Of a DNA stretch of 64,000 bases, positions 17,484 to 26,007 are shown piece by piece. This stretch comes from Thermoanaerobaculia bacterium. Its GTDB lineage: Bacteria; Acidobacteriota; Thermoanaerobaculia; Multivoradales; Multivoraceae. The position numbers and the translations under genes were made by a program. Positions within the stretch are counted from its first letter, which is position 1. Every line of letters begins with the position of its first letter. The stretch covers positions 3,104,001-3,168,000 of the forward strand of contig OY761158.1 in NCBI GenBank assembly GCA_963664405.1, given 5' to 3'. The notes under the pieces are model-generated. The model worked only from the letters and a program-made list of their open reading frames with translations. It ran no database searches and was not told where the DNA came from.

Positions 17484-19209
17484 CGGATGCCGGGTCGCCG
17501 GGTTTCGGGAACTGCGAGAAGAGGCCGTAGAAGTCGAGAGTATGCTGCAGTCGCTCTGGGGCGACAGAGCAGTCCACCACCGCCGGCTGGCCGGCCGTAT
17601 TGGCCTCGAGGGCGCGCTCGAGGGCGCCTCGGACCTCGGCCGGATCCGAGACCGCCTCGCCGTGGCAGCCGCAGGCCTCGGCCAGCTTGGCGAAGTCGGG
17701 CTGGAACTCGAAGTCTGTGGCGAGGAAACGTCCGCCGAAGACCCGCTCCTGGCCGTCGCGGATCGAACCCAGCGCTCGGTCGTTCAGAATGATCCAGGTC
17801 ACCGGAAGCCGGTGCTCTACCGCGGTCGGCAGGATCGGCATCACCATCTGGAACGACCCGTCGCCGACGAAGCCGAGCGCCGGCCGGTCGGGATAGACGA
17901 GCTTGGCGGCCGGCAGCGCGGCGCTTGGAAAGCCCATGCCGTAGTAGCTCGAGCAGACCATGACAGATCGGGGCTCGTAGACCCTGAAGAAGGGAAACAC
18001 GGTCATCTGCTGCGCCAGAAACCCGGTGTCGAACGCGACCGTCGATTGGCGCGGAAAGACCTCGCGTGCCGCGCGCACCACTGTCAGGGGATGCATCGGC
18101 TGGGCGCTTGATGCTGCGGTCTCGTCCGCGGCGCGCTCGATCTCGGCGACCTCTTTCGCGATCGCGACGACGCGGCGATGGCCCGCCAGCTCGGACACTC
18201 CGCGACCCGACGCCTTCACGCACCGGCTCAGCTCGGCGAGGACGAGCCGGACGTCGCCGACGATGCCGATCTTCGGCACCACGCTGCGGCCGATCTCGGA
18301 GCCGTCGGTATCCACCTGGATGTAGGTCGCCTCCGGCGCCGGCACGAAGCCGGGGAGCCAGTTGGTCTCCATCTCCTCGAAGCGGGTGCCGAGCCCGAGC
18401 ACGCAATCAGCCTCGGGCAGGAGGCGCTTGGTGAGCGTGCGATTCGAGCCGATCCCTCCGGCCGCCAGTGGGTGATCGTCGGGAAGGACCGAGCGTCCGG
18501 CCAGCGTGGTCGACACCGGGATGGCGAGGAGCTCGGCGAAGTCGCGCAGCTCGTCGAAGGCTCCTGAGGCAAGGGCGCCGCCGCCGGCGACGATGAGCGG
18601 GCGCTCCGCCTTTGTCAGCGCCTCGGCGGCCGCCGCGATGGCTTCCGGGTCGCCCTGCGGCGGAGCGGGTCTGCCGACCGGCCTGTAAGCGCCGAAGGAG
18701 ACCGTCTCGGGAAGAAAGTCGCGGGGAATGTCGACGAACACCGGACCGGGCTTGCCGGAGCGGGCGACCGTGAAGGCCTGCCGCACGATATCGACGATCG
18801 AGTCGGCCCGCGGCACCCGCACCGACCACTTGGTGATGCTCTCGAAGAGGCGGGTGGTTTCGATCTCCTGGGCGGCGCCTTTGTGGACGGTGTCGGTGCT
18901 CGCCCGCCCCGCGATGACGATCACCGGCAGCGAGCCGACATAGGCCTCGGCGATTGCGGTCACCAGATTGGTGGTGCCCGGTCCGGCTGTCACCGTACAG
19001 ATGCCCGGCTCGCCGGTGAGCTGCGCGTAGCCGGAGGCGAGACTGGCGGCGCATTGCTCGTGACGCGCCAGGACGTGCTCGATGGTCGGCGATTCAAAGA
19101 TCGCGTCGTAGACGGCCAGGATGTGTCCGCCCGGCAGTCCGAAGATCTTGGTGACGCCCTCGGCTTCGAGAACCTTGACGATGGCCTGTCCGGCTGTCAT
19201 TTCTTCCAT
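17476..19209 (-). CDS. Thiamine diphosphate-binding enzyme (acetolactate synthase-like)
   Basis: IFGLPGG, ARHEQ, TAGPGTTN, GDGSFQM...LND ThDP motif; true start MEEMTAGQ at 19209. Confidence 0.9.
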   Translation of the reverse strand: MEEMTAGQAIVKVLEAEGVTKIFGLPGGHILAVYDAIFESPTIEHVLARHEQCAASLASGYAQLTGEPGICTVTAGPGTTNLVTAIAEAYVGSLPVIVIAGRASTDTVHKGAAQEIETTRLFESITKWSVRVPRADSIVDIVRQAFTVARSGKPGPVFVDIPRDFLPETVSFGAYRPVGRPAPPQGDPEAIAAAAEALTKAERPLIVAGGGALASGAFDELRDFAELLAIPVSTTLAGRSVLPDDHPLAAGGIGSNRTLTKRLLPEADCVLGLGTRFEEMETNWLPGFVPAPEATYIQVDTDGSEIGRSVVPKIGIVGDVRLVLAELSRCVKASGRGVSELAGHRRVVAIAKEVAEIERAADETAASSAQPMHPLTVVRAAREVFPRQSTVAFDTGFLAQQMTVFPFFRVYEPRSVMVCSSYYGMGFPSAALPAAKLVYPDRPALGFVGDGSFQMVMPILPTAVEHRLPVTWIILNDRALGSIRDGQERVFGGRFLATDFEFQPDFAKLAEACGCHGEAVSDPAEVRGALERALEANTAGQPAVVDCSVAPERLQHTLDFYGLFSQFPKPGDPASDD

Positions 19210-19291
19210 TCGTTCACCCCTCGATCTGCCTTGGGTCGAGTCTACCGCGCGGCCGCTGTTAGACTTCACGCCTTTGACGAAAGGAGGGACC

Positions 19292-20113
19292 ATGCGCCTC
19301 GAGGGAAAGACGGCGGTGGTGACGGGTGGCGCGCGCGGCATCGGGGCGGCGATCGCCCGCTGCCTCGCAGAGGAGGGCGCCAGCGTGGCGATCCTCGATC
19401 TCGACGTGGAGACGGCCAGGGCGACCGCGAGCGATCTGGGCCGCGGGTCGATCGGCCTCTCCGCCGATGCCGCCGACGCCTCTTCGATGACAGATGCCAT
19501 GAGCCGCGTGGTGGACGAGCTCGGCGGGCTCGACGTCATGGTGAACAACGCCGGCATAGGGCGCGGCGACGATGACCTGCCCGACGTGCGCCAGGTGCCG
19601 CCCTTCACGAATCTCGATGAGGCGAGCTGGGAGGACACCGTTCGCAACAACCTCACGCCCGCGTTCGCCGGATCGAGGGCTGCGATTCCGTACCTCGAGG
19701 CGCGCGGCGGCGCGATCGTGAACATCGCGTCGATCGCAGGCGTTCTGCCGACGCCTGGCCTCCCGGCGTATGGAGCGGCCAAGGCCGGCGTCATCCATCT
19801 CACCCGCACCCTTGCGCTCGAGCTCGCCCCCAAGAAGATCCGCGTCAACGCGATCTGCCCTGGCCTGGTCTGGACCCGATCGTGGGAGCGTCTCGCCACC
19901 TTCTTCCGCGACTCGACGCCGGAGCTTCACGGGCTCGAGCCGCGGCAGGTGTTCCTGCAGCGCGTGGCCGCGCAGGTCCCCATGGGCCTCGAGCAGACGC
20001 CCGAGCAGATAGGACGGCTCGCCGCGTTCCTCGCGAGCGCCGACGCGGCCACCATCACCGGCCAGGCGATCAGCGTCGACGGCGGCATCCAACTCGCCCG
20101 GCCCGAGGTGTAA
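19292..20113 (+). CDS. SDR family NAD(P)-dependent oxidoreductase
   Basis: RBS AGGAGG; TGGARGIG, NNAG, YGAAK. Confidence 0.92.
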   Translation: MRLEGKTAVVTGGARGIGAAIARCLAEEGASVAILDLDVETARATASDLGRGSIGLSADAADASSMTDAMSRVVDELGGLDVMVNNAGIGRGDDDLPDVRQVPPFTNLDEASWEDTVRNNLTPAFAGSRAAIPYLEARGGAIVNIASIAGVLPTPGLPAYGAAKAGVIHLTRTLALELAPKKIRVNAICPGLVWTRSWERLATFFRDSTPELHGLEPRQVFLQRVAAQVPMGLEQTPEQIGRLAAFLASADAATITGQAISVDGGIQLARPEV

Positions 20114-20133
20114 TCGCAGCCCCGGCCAAGCAC

Positions 20134-20934
20134 TCAGTCATCGGGTCCTCCCTCGGTCACTTGGTTCACGAAGTCGCGCATGGCTGCGAGCACGACCTGC
20201 CGCTTTTCTACGTGAGGTGCGTGGCCGCAGTCGGCGAGGATGAGTTTCTCGGTGGGCGCGCCGGCATTCGTGGTGATCGAATTCACCTGGGCCATGGTGC
20301 CATAGGGGTCGTCGCGGCCCTGAATGACCAACAGGGGTGTGCGGATCTTCGGCAGCAACGCTTCGAGGTTCCAGCTCTCGAAGTCTGGGTCCAGCCATAC
20401 CCTGTTCCACCCCCAGAAGGCGCAGTCGACGTTGTCGCCGTGATAGTGCGCCAGGCGGCGGCGAAGCTCTCCCTGCTCGTAGGCCTCGGCGGCCGCGTGA
20501 ATGCTCTCGAGTGAGATCGGCTCGACAAAGACATGAGGAGCCTCTGTGATGAGGCCTCGCAGAAGTACTCGGCAATCGCCCGAGGCGTAAATGAGGGCGA
20601 TCGAGCCACCGTCACTGTGACCAACCAGCACTGCCTGGCGGATTCCGCTGGCCTCGAGCAGCGCGGGAAGAGTCTCGCGAGCTTCGTCGTGCATGAAGCT
20701 CACCGGCCGCGGAAGAGGTGCGGGGTCGGAGAGGCCGTAGCCGAGGCGGCTGTAGACCAGGGCTCCCAGGCCCGTTACCCGCGCGAGCTCGTCGGGGAAG
20801 TCCTTCCACAACGAGACACTGCCCAGGCCCTCGTGAAGGAAGACCAGGGTGCAACCGGAGTTTGGGCCTGGGCCGATCCAGCGGTACTCGAGACGTTGCC
20901 CGTCGATCTCGAGATAATCGATGCAGGGTCTCAT
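20134..20934 (-). CDS. Alpha/beta hydrolase
   Basis: FLHEGLG, GHSDGGS nucleophile elbow, CGHAPH. Confidence 0.88.
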   Translation of the reverse strand: MRPCIDYLEIDGQRLEYRWIGPGPNSGCTLVFLHEGLGSVSLWKDFPDELARVTGLGALVYSRLGYGLSDPAPLPRPVSFMHDEARETLPALLEASGIRQAVLVGHSDGGSIALIYASGDCRVLLRGLITEAPHVFVEPISLESIHAAAEAYEQGELRRRLAHYHGDNVDCAFWGWNRVWLDPDFESWNLEALLPKIRTPLLVIQGRDDPYGTMAQVNSITTNAGAPTEKLILADCGHAPHVEKRQVVLAAMRDFVNQVTEGGPDD

Positions 20935-20957
20935 GTAGGCTGGCTCGAAGCCTGGGA

Positions 20958-20981
20958 GGCAGTCCGAGTCCTCGGACTGCC
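20958..20981. other. Intergenic perfect hairpin
   Basis: GGCAGTCCGAG-TC-CTCGGACTGCC; no U tract, function uncertain. Confidence 0.4.
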
Positions 20982-21016
20982 GACCGAGCCGGCGCCGAAG
21001 GCGCCTTGGCGGGAGC

Positions 21017-23269
21017 TCACTTGAAGACGTCGAAGAGGTAGCTGTACTTGACGGTCAAGCTACGATCGGCGCGGGCGAGGAATGCGTCCATGCCGAATTC
21101 GTCGATCTCGTTGTAGACGATGAAGAGGCCGGTATTGGCCTCCTGCAGCCAGCTGAAGCGAAGGTTGGTCGACACCTGGTCGCTGACGTCGTTGTACTGG
21201 GTGAGGAGCTGTACCAGCAACCTGGGGGTGGGAGCGTAGGACAGACGGAGTCGCCCCAGGTTGACGTCGAAGTCGCCCCACGGGAGGTTGATGCTGTTGT
21301 GATCCCAGGTGATCTCAGAGGTGAGGCGCTCGCTTTGACGCAGGCTCAGGGTATTCCGGATCGAGGCCTGGTCGCCGCCGAAGAAACCGCCGATCCGGAC
21401 GATCGCGCTTTCGCTCACTCGCTTGCCGGGATCGGTACTGAAAAAGAGGAAGAGCTCCGATTCCTCGTAGGTACCGGGAGGGACAATGACGCCTTCCGAG
21501 ATCTCGAAGGCTTCCTTGACGCCCTCGGTGCTCAGGTTTATCGCGGTGGAGAGCGAAGTGCCGTTTCGCCACTCTGTGGAGTTGTCGATGTGAATGCGCT
21601 CCGACTCCAAGAAGCCGTCGAAGTCCCAATAACCTTCGTAAGAGGCATGCGGCCGAAGCTCCTGGATGCCCCATTTGTCCTTCGGTCGCACCCGTCGCGC
21701 AATTCGTCCGGAAGGCTTGCGGAAACCTTCGCGTTGGAGAAAGCCCACCTCCGGGTTGAAGCCTTCGCCGACCTCCAGATAGTCGATATTGCTGCTCCAG
21801 AGCGGTCTGCCCAAGGTCCAGGACAGCTCGTAGCCGTGGTCGTCGCTGTCGATGCCCTCGGTGTCGGTGACCGCGGCCCAGCCCTTGAGATTCTGATACT
21901 CACCGATTCCGAGCTGGCCATCGATGCCGAGAGTGCGATTGTCGTCGTCGGGAGGCGCCAAGGAGCCGGTGCCACTGCGCCCGACGAAGATGGCGCCGAG
22001 GTTAGAGCGGTTGGGGAGCTCTCGGCTTACGCGCAGCACCGAGAAGTTGTTGGCTTGAAGATCGTCGACGTCCTCGGTCTGCATGCCGAGGATGCCGATA
22101 TTGGTGCGTCCCACCTTGCCCGAGACCCTTCCCCCGCCCAGGATCGGGATCGGCGTGCCACCTGGGCCGATGCCGATGCGCCGACTAAAGAAGAGCTCGG
22201 CTTCCCCCGAGGAGCCCACTGAGAAGAGGCCTGCATTCTCTAGAAAGAAGGGCCGCTTCTCCGGAAAAAAGAGATTGAAACGATCGAGATTGACCTGTTG
22301 CTCGTCGACTTCGACCTGGGCGAAGTCGGTGTTGTAGGTGAGGTCCAGAGTCAGGCCTGGAGTGAGGCTGTATTTGAGATCGATCCCCCACTCATCGCTG
22401 TAGTCGATGCTGTCGCCGCCCGTCCCCGGTCGGCGGCCGACGCCGAGAACGTAAGGAGTGATCTTGAGGTTGCGCTGCGCGGGGGCTTCGATCCCCTCGA
22501 GAGTGCCCGCGTCGGAGAGACGGTAAAGGTTGAACTGCTGCTCGAGCTTCGCCCAGAACGCCGTCTCCTGGCGTCGCTGGATGATGCGCTGGAAGTTTAT
22601 GCCCCAGATCTGTTCGTCCTTGGCATAGCGTAAGGTAGTGAAGGGGATAGCGAACTCGGCACTCCAGCCGTAGTCGCCGATCTCGGTCTCGACCTGCCAG
22701 GCTCCGTCCCAGTTCAGATTGAAGCCGGATGCGTTGGAGCCTCGGCGGAAGCGGCCGCTACTTCCACCTCTCCCGGACCGGCCGCTGCCGCGGGTGACGC
22801 CGCTGGCGTCGAGAACTTGTCCGTCGTACTCGATTCCGGCGGGGTTGGTGCCGAAGACGTATCCGTTCTGCTCGTCCCGAAAAGCGTCGATGATGAACTG
22901 AATGCTGTCGGTGCCAGCCAGCGAGGCGTCACGCCGATTGTCGGTGACCACGATGCGCTCGGGCTCGCGATCGAAGCAGACGACGCCGATGTAGAGGGTA
23001 TCCTCGGAGAAGCCGATCCGGATCTCGGTCTTCTCCGATGCCGGTTCGCCGGCGAAGGGCTTGATCTGCCAGAAGCCTGTCGAGGCCGGGATCTGCTGCC
23101 AGATCTCCTCGCCGAGAATGTCCCCATCCAAGACCGGAGCGTCAACTAGAGCGATGGCCTGGAGGCTGGGCCTATCGCCGTCCGCGGCGGAGGCCGGTTG
23201 TGCAACACACAATGCAACGCCGACAAGTGCCGTGGCGAGGGTGTAGGTTGAGCAGTGGGTTGAGCGCAT
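21017..23269 (-). CDS. CBM9-like/DUF5916 outer-membrane protein
   Basis: Signal peptide; GWSAEFAIPFTTLRY; NTDFAQVEVD, RFNLFFPEKRPFFLEN; terminal aromatic beta-strand. Confidence 0.82.
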   Translation of the reverse strand: MRSTHCSTYTLATALVGVALCVAQPASAADGDRPSLQAIALVDAPVLDGDILGEEIWQQIPASTGFWQIKPFAGEPASEKTEIRIGFSEDTLYIGVVCFDREPERIVVTDNRRDASLAGTDSIQFIIDAFRDEQNGYVFGTNPAGIEYDGQVLDASGVTRGSGRSGRGGSSGRFRRGSNASGFNLNWDGAWQVETEIGDYGWSAEFAIPFTTLRYAKDEQIWGINFQRIIQRRQETAFWAKLEQQFNLYRLSDAGTLEGIEAPAQRNLKITPYVLGVGRRPGTGGDSIDYSDEWGIDLKYSLTPGLTLDLTYNTDFAQVEVDEQQVNLDRFNLFFPEKRPFFLENAGLFSVGSSGEAELFFSRRIGIGPGGTPIPILGGGRVSGKVGRTNIGILGMQTEDVDDLQANNFSVLRVSRELPNRSNLGAIFVGRSGTGSLAPPDDDNRTLGIDGQLGIGEYQNLKGWAAVTDTEGIDSDDHGYELSWTLGRPLWSSNIDYLEVGEGFNPEVGFLQREGFRKPSGRIARRVRPKDKWGIQELRPHASYEGYWDFDGFLESERIHIDNSTEWRNGTSLSTAINLSTEGVKEAFEISEGVIVPPGTYEESELFLFFSTDPGKRVSESAIVRIGGFFGGDQASIRNTLSLRQSERLTSEITWDHNSINLPWGDFDVNLGRLRLSYAPTPRLLVQLLTQYNDVSDQVSTNLRFSWLQEANTGLFIVYNEIDEFGMDAFLARADRSLTVKYSYLFDVFK

Positions 23270-23448
23270 TGGGACTGTAGCGAAGGGAGCAGTGTTCGTA
23301 GATGCTGACGGTTTCGATGATCTGCCGGTTTCGATGTCTTGGCAGTTTCTGAGAGTCGCGGTTTGACCGGGAAGGATCTCTAGTTCTAGGCTGCGCTCAT
23401 GGCGGGCGCGGAGCCAGAGCGACGGAGGCTTGCCGCGGAACCCCGCAT

Positions 23449-25725
23449 ATGAGCGAATCCGCGCGCCATCGCCCCGCCCCCTCGCCGCTCGTGGCGCTCG
23501 TCGTTCTCATCCTCTTGGTATGGCTGGCGCTCTCGCTCCCGCTCGTTCTTGGCCAGAAGACTCTCTACTTTCGCGACATCTTCCACTCGCACTTTCCCTT
23601 CAAGGCTTTCGGTGCTCAAGAGCTGGCTGAGGGTCGGATCCCGGCTTTCAATCCGAGCTGGGCGCTCGGTCAGGCCTTTCGGGGAAACCCGAATACCGCG
23701 GCATTCTACCCCAGCAATCTGCTCTATCTAGTGCTTCCTTTCTGGTCGGCTTTCAATCTTCACTATTGCCTGCATTGGCTGCTTGCCGGCATCGCGATGT
23801 ATGCCCTGGCGCGTGGCCTTGCGCTGGGCCGCCATGCCGCGCTGCTGGCGGCCCTCGCCTATGCGGGCTCGGGCTGGATGCTCTCGGTGATGACCTTTTA
23901 CAACATCCTCACCGTGGTTGCGTGGTGGCCGCTGGCGATGCTTGGCGTGGTGCGTGGCTCATCTCGTGGGGTCGCACTCGCCGCGATCGCGATGGGGATG
24001 GCGCTTCTGGGTGGTGAGCCGGTGACAGCGGGGTTGGGGCTCGTCCCTGCTCTCGCCCTGGCCGTGCGCAGTCACGGTCTCAGGCGTGGGCTCCTTACAG
24101 TCGCCGCGGCCGGTTGTGGCGCCGTCCTGGTCGCACTGCCTCAGCTCGTCGCCACCTCGAGGGTTGTCGGTTTCTCCTTTCGCGGCGCCCACGGCATCCT
24201 CGCCAGCCAGGCCAACTACTACTCCTTGGAGTTGAAGCGGCTCTTGGAGTTGTTTCTCCCCTTTCCCTTCGGTACCCCCGGCAGCTACGGCCCGTCAGGA
24301 TTGAGCGAGACCGCGGCGCTCGATCATCTACCTTTCTATTACTCCCTCTACCCTGGGCTCATAGCCGCCCTGCTGGCTGCAGCCGCTTGCCGCAAGCGCC
24401 CGCTGCTGGCGACGACGGCCGGTCTCGGTCTCTTCCTGGCCTGGTTCGGCGGACTGTCCTCAGAAGGTCTGCTCGCAATCTCGGGAGGGTTCTTCCGCTC
24501 CCCGGAGAAGCTTCTCTTCTGGCCGGCGCTGGCGATTCCGCTGTTGGCGGGCTTCGGACTCGAGTCGGCGCTCGAGGAGAAAGAGCGGCGCGGGTCGAGT
24601 CTCCTACTGGTTTTGGCAGCCGGGCTGGTTGTCGCCACCGTGGTTCTCGGAGTGGTCGGCGGCGAAGCGCTGCTCAGCTTGATCGGGGGCGAAGGACGCA
24701 GCGTCGCCGGCGTTGGCGCTGAGCTCGAGGCTTCCTGGCTCAGGGCGCTGCTGGTAGGAGGGCTTCTTCTCATCGGTGCCGCCTTTGCGCTCAGAAGGAG
24801 GAGCGCCTCGGCGCTCGTCGCTCTCGAGATCGTTGCGCTTCTTCAGCTTGCGCCGCTGTGGATGACCGATGAGGTAGCGCCGTTTCGCGATCCGCCATGG
24901 CTGGAGCGCGTCGAGGCGGGGACGGCAGTGGTCCCGGCGCGCATGGCCTACCCTCCATGGCGTCTGGGGGGTGTGAATCCGACCTTTCCACCGGGTCCCC
25001 ATGCTCCTCACGATCGATTTCAGGCTCTCGAGCTTGCGCCGGCCCCCGGCGTTCAGCACGGTTTGCGCTACCCGCTCGCGCCCGACCTCGAGGGCATGCA
25101 CCATCTCTTTTACAACCTACTCACGGTTCGCATAGCAGACGCCTCCTGGCAGGAGAGGGCGCGTTGGTTTCAGGTGCTCGGAGTCGGTATCGTTGTCTCT
25201 CCCGAGCCTGTCGACAGCGCTTCGTTGGAGCTCGAGGGCAGCCTGAGCGCCTACGAGGCTCAATCTTTCTTGTATCGGGTCCTACAGCCGGCACCGGCAG
25301 TGTGGTGGCCGGACACGGTCACAGCTGCCTCCAGTCCGGCAGACGCCTTCGCCCGGGTAGCGTCGTCGGCGCCCGGCAGCCTGCCTGGGGTCATACCCCA
25401 ACCTCTCGATCACACTCCTGGCGGGCGAGTCGAGCTGCTGGTGAGCGAGCCCGATCGCATCGAGCTCGAGGTCGACAGCGCTGGAGGCCTGGTCGTGGTC
25501 CAGCGCTCCTTTCAGCCGCTCTTTCGGGCCCGTATCGATTCGACCGCCATCCCTACCCTGCCCGCCAACCTCAGTCTGCTTGGAGTGGTCGTACCTCAGG
25601 GCCGACACCGGGTGGTCATCGAGGCGGGTTGGGCGCCGGAAGGAATTGCAGGCGCGGTGGCGATCATCGCCCTGATCTCGTTGACCCTGCTGGCGACGCG
25701 CAAAGATCCTAGCCAGAGAAAATGA
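23449..25725 (+). CDS. YfhO-like polytopic membrane protein (putative GT-C glycosyltransferase)
   Basis: FRD..H..P.K, GRIPAFNP...G...GNP...FYP; C-terminal ANLSLLGVVVPQGRHRV. Confidence 0.7.
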   Translation: MSESARHRPAPSPLVALVVLILLVWLALSLPLVLGQKTLYFRDIFHSHFPFKAFGAQELAEGRIPAFNPSWALGQAFRGNPNTAAFYPSNLLYLVLPFWSAFNLHYCLHWLLAGIAMYALARGLALGRHAALLAALAYAGSGWMLSVMTFYNILTVVAWWPLAMLGVVRGSSRGVALAAIAMGMALLGGEPVTAGLGLVPALALAVRSHGLRRGLLTVAAAGCGAVLVALPQLVATSRVVGFSFRGAHGILASQANYYSLELKRLLELFLPFPFGTPGSYGPSGLSETAALDHLPFYYSLYPGLIAALLAAAACRKRPLLATTAGLGLFLAWFGGLSSEGLLAISGGFFRSPEKLLFWPALAIPLLAGFGLESALEEKERRGSSLLLVLAAGLVVATVVLGVVGGEALLSLIGGEGRSVAGVGAELEASWLRALLVGGLLLIGAAFALRRRSASALVALEIVALLQLAPLWMTDEVAPFRDPPWLERVEAGTAVVPARMAYPPWRLGGVNPTFPPGPHAPHDRFQALELAPAPGVQHGLRYPLAPDLEGMHHLFYNLLTVRIADASWQERARWFQVLGVGIVVSPEPVDSASLELEGSLSAYEAQSFLYRVLQPAPAVWWPDTVTAASSPADAFARVASSAPGSLPGVIPQPLDHTPGGRVELLVSEPDRIELEVDSAGGLVVVQRSFQPLFRARIDSTAIPTLPANLSLLGVVVPQGRHRVVIEAGWAPEGIAGAVAIIALISLTLLATRKDPSQRK

Positions 25726-25890
25726 TGACTATCATTTCCCCCGGCTAGGCGCCCCCGGCTAGTTGCTCATGGCGCCGAGGACGGCGCTCGCTTCCGGAAG
25801 TGATGGGTATCACTTCCTACGGCTCGTTGCTGTCTGGCGCCGAGGACGGCGCACTCGGGCCTTGCTTCCTATTCGCTTCGGGCAGCGTTG
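25718..25890 (+). repeat. Two tandem copies of a hairpin + REP-like palindrome unit
   Basis: Hairpins 25718-25739 and 25796-25817, each followed by TGGCGCCGAGGACGGCGC (25770-25787, 25835-25852); 3' tail similar to 38826-38861. Confidence 0.82.
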
Positions 25891-26007
25891 TCGTTTTCTG
25901 CCGCGCAGACTCCTAGCCTGAAAAATCTCCTCTCTGCTATCGTTCTGAAGCTCTCCTGGAAGTAGAGGTCCGAGCAGCCCGAGGGGCCGCTCGAGGAGGA
26001 TCCACCG

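Noticed and set aside
19210-19899. 807-aa version of the ThDP enzyme
   Set aside because: The extension is antisense to the SDR gene; recognisable homology starts at 19209
25743-25756. 14-bp match GGCTAGGCGCCCCC to the MITE interior (8821-8834)
   Set aside because: Short, GC-rich and absent from the other repeat copies; likely chance
25718-25890. Possible CRISPR mini-array (two 18-nt repeats)
   Set aside because: Repeats are too short and too few, the 'spacers' resemble each other, single copies are dispersed elsewhere, and there are no cas genes
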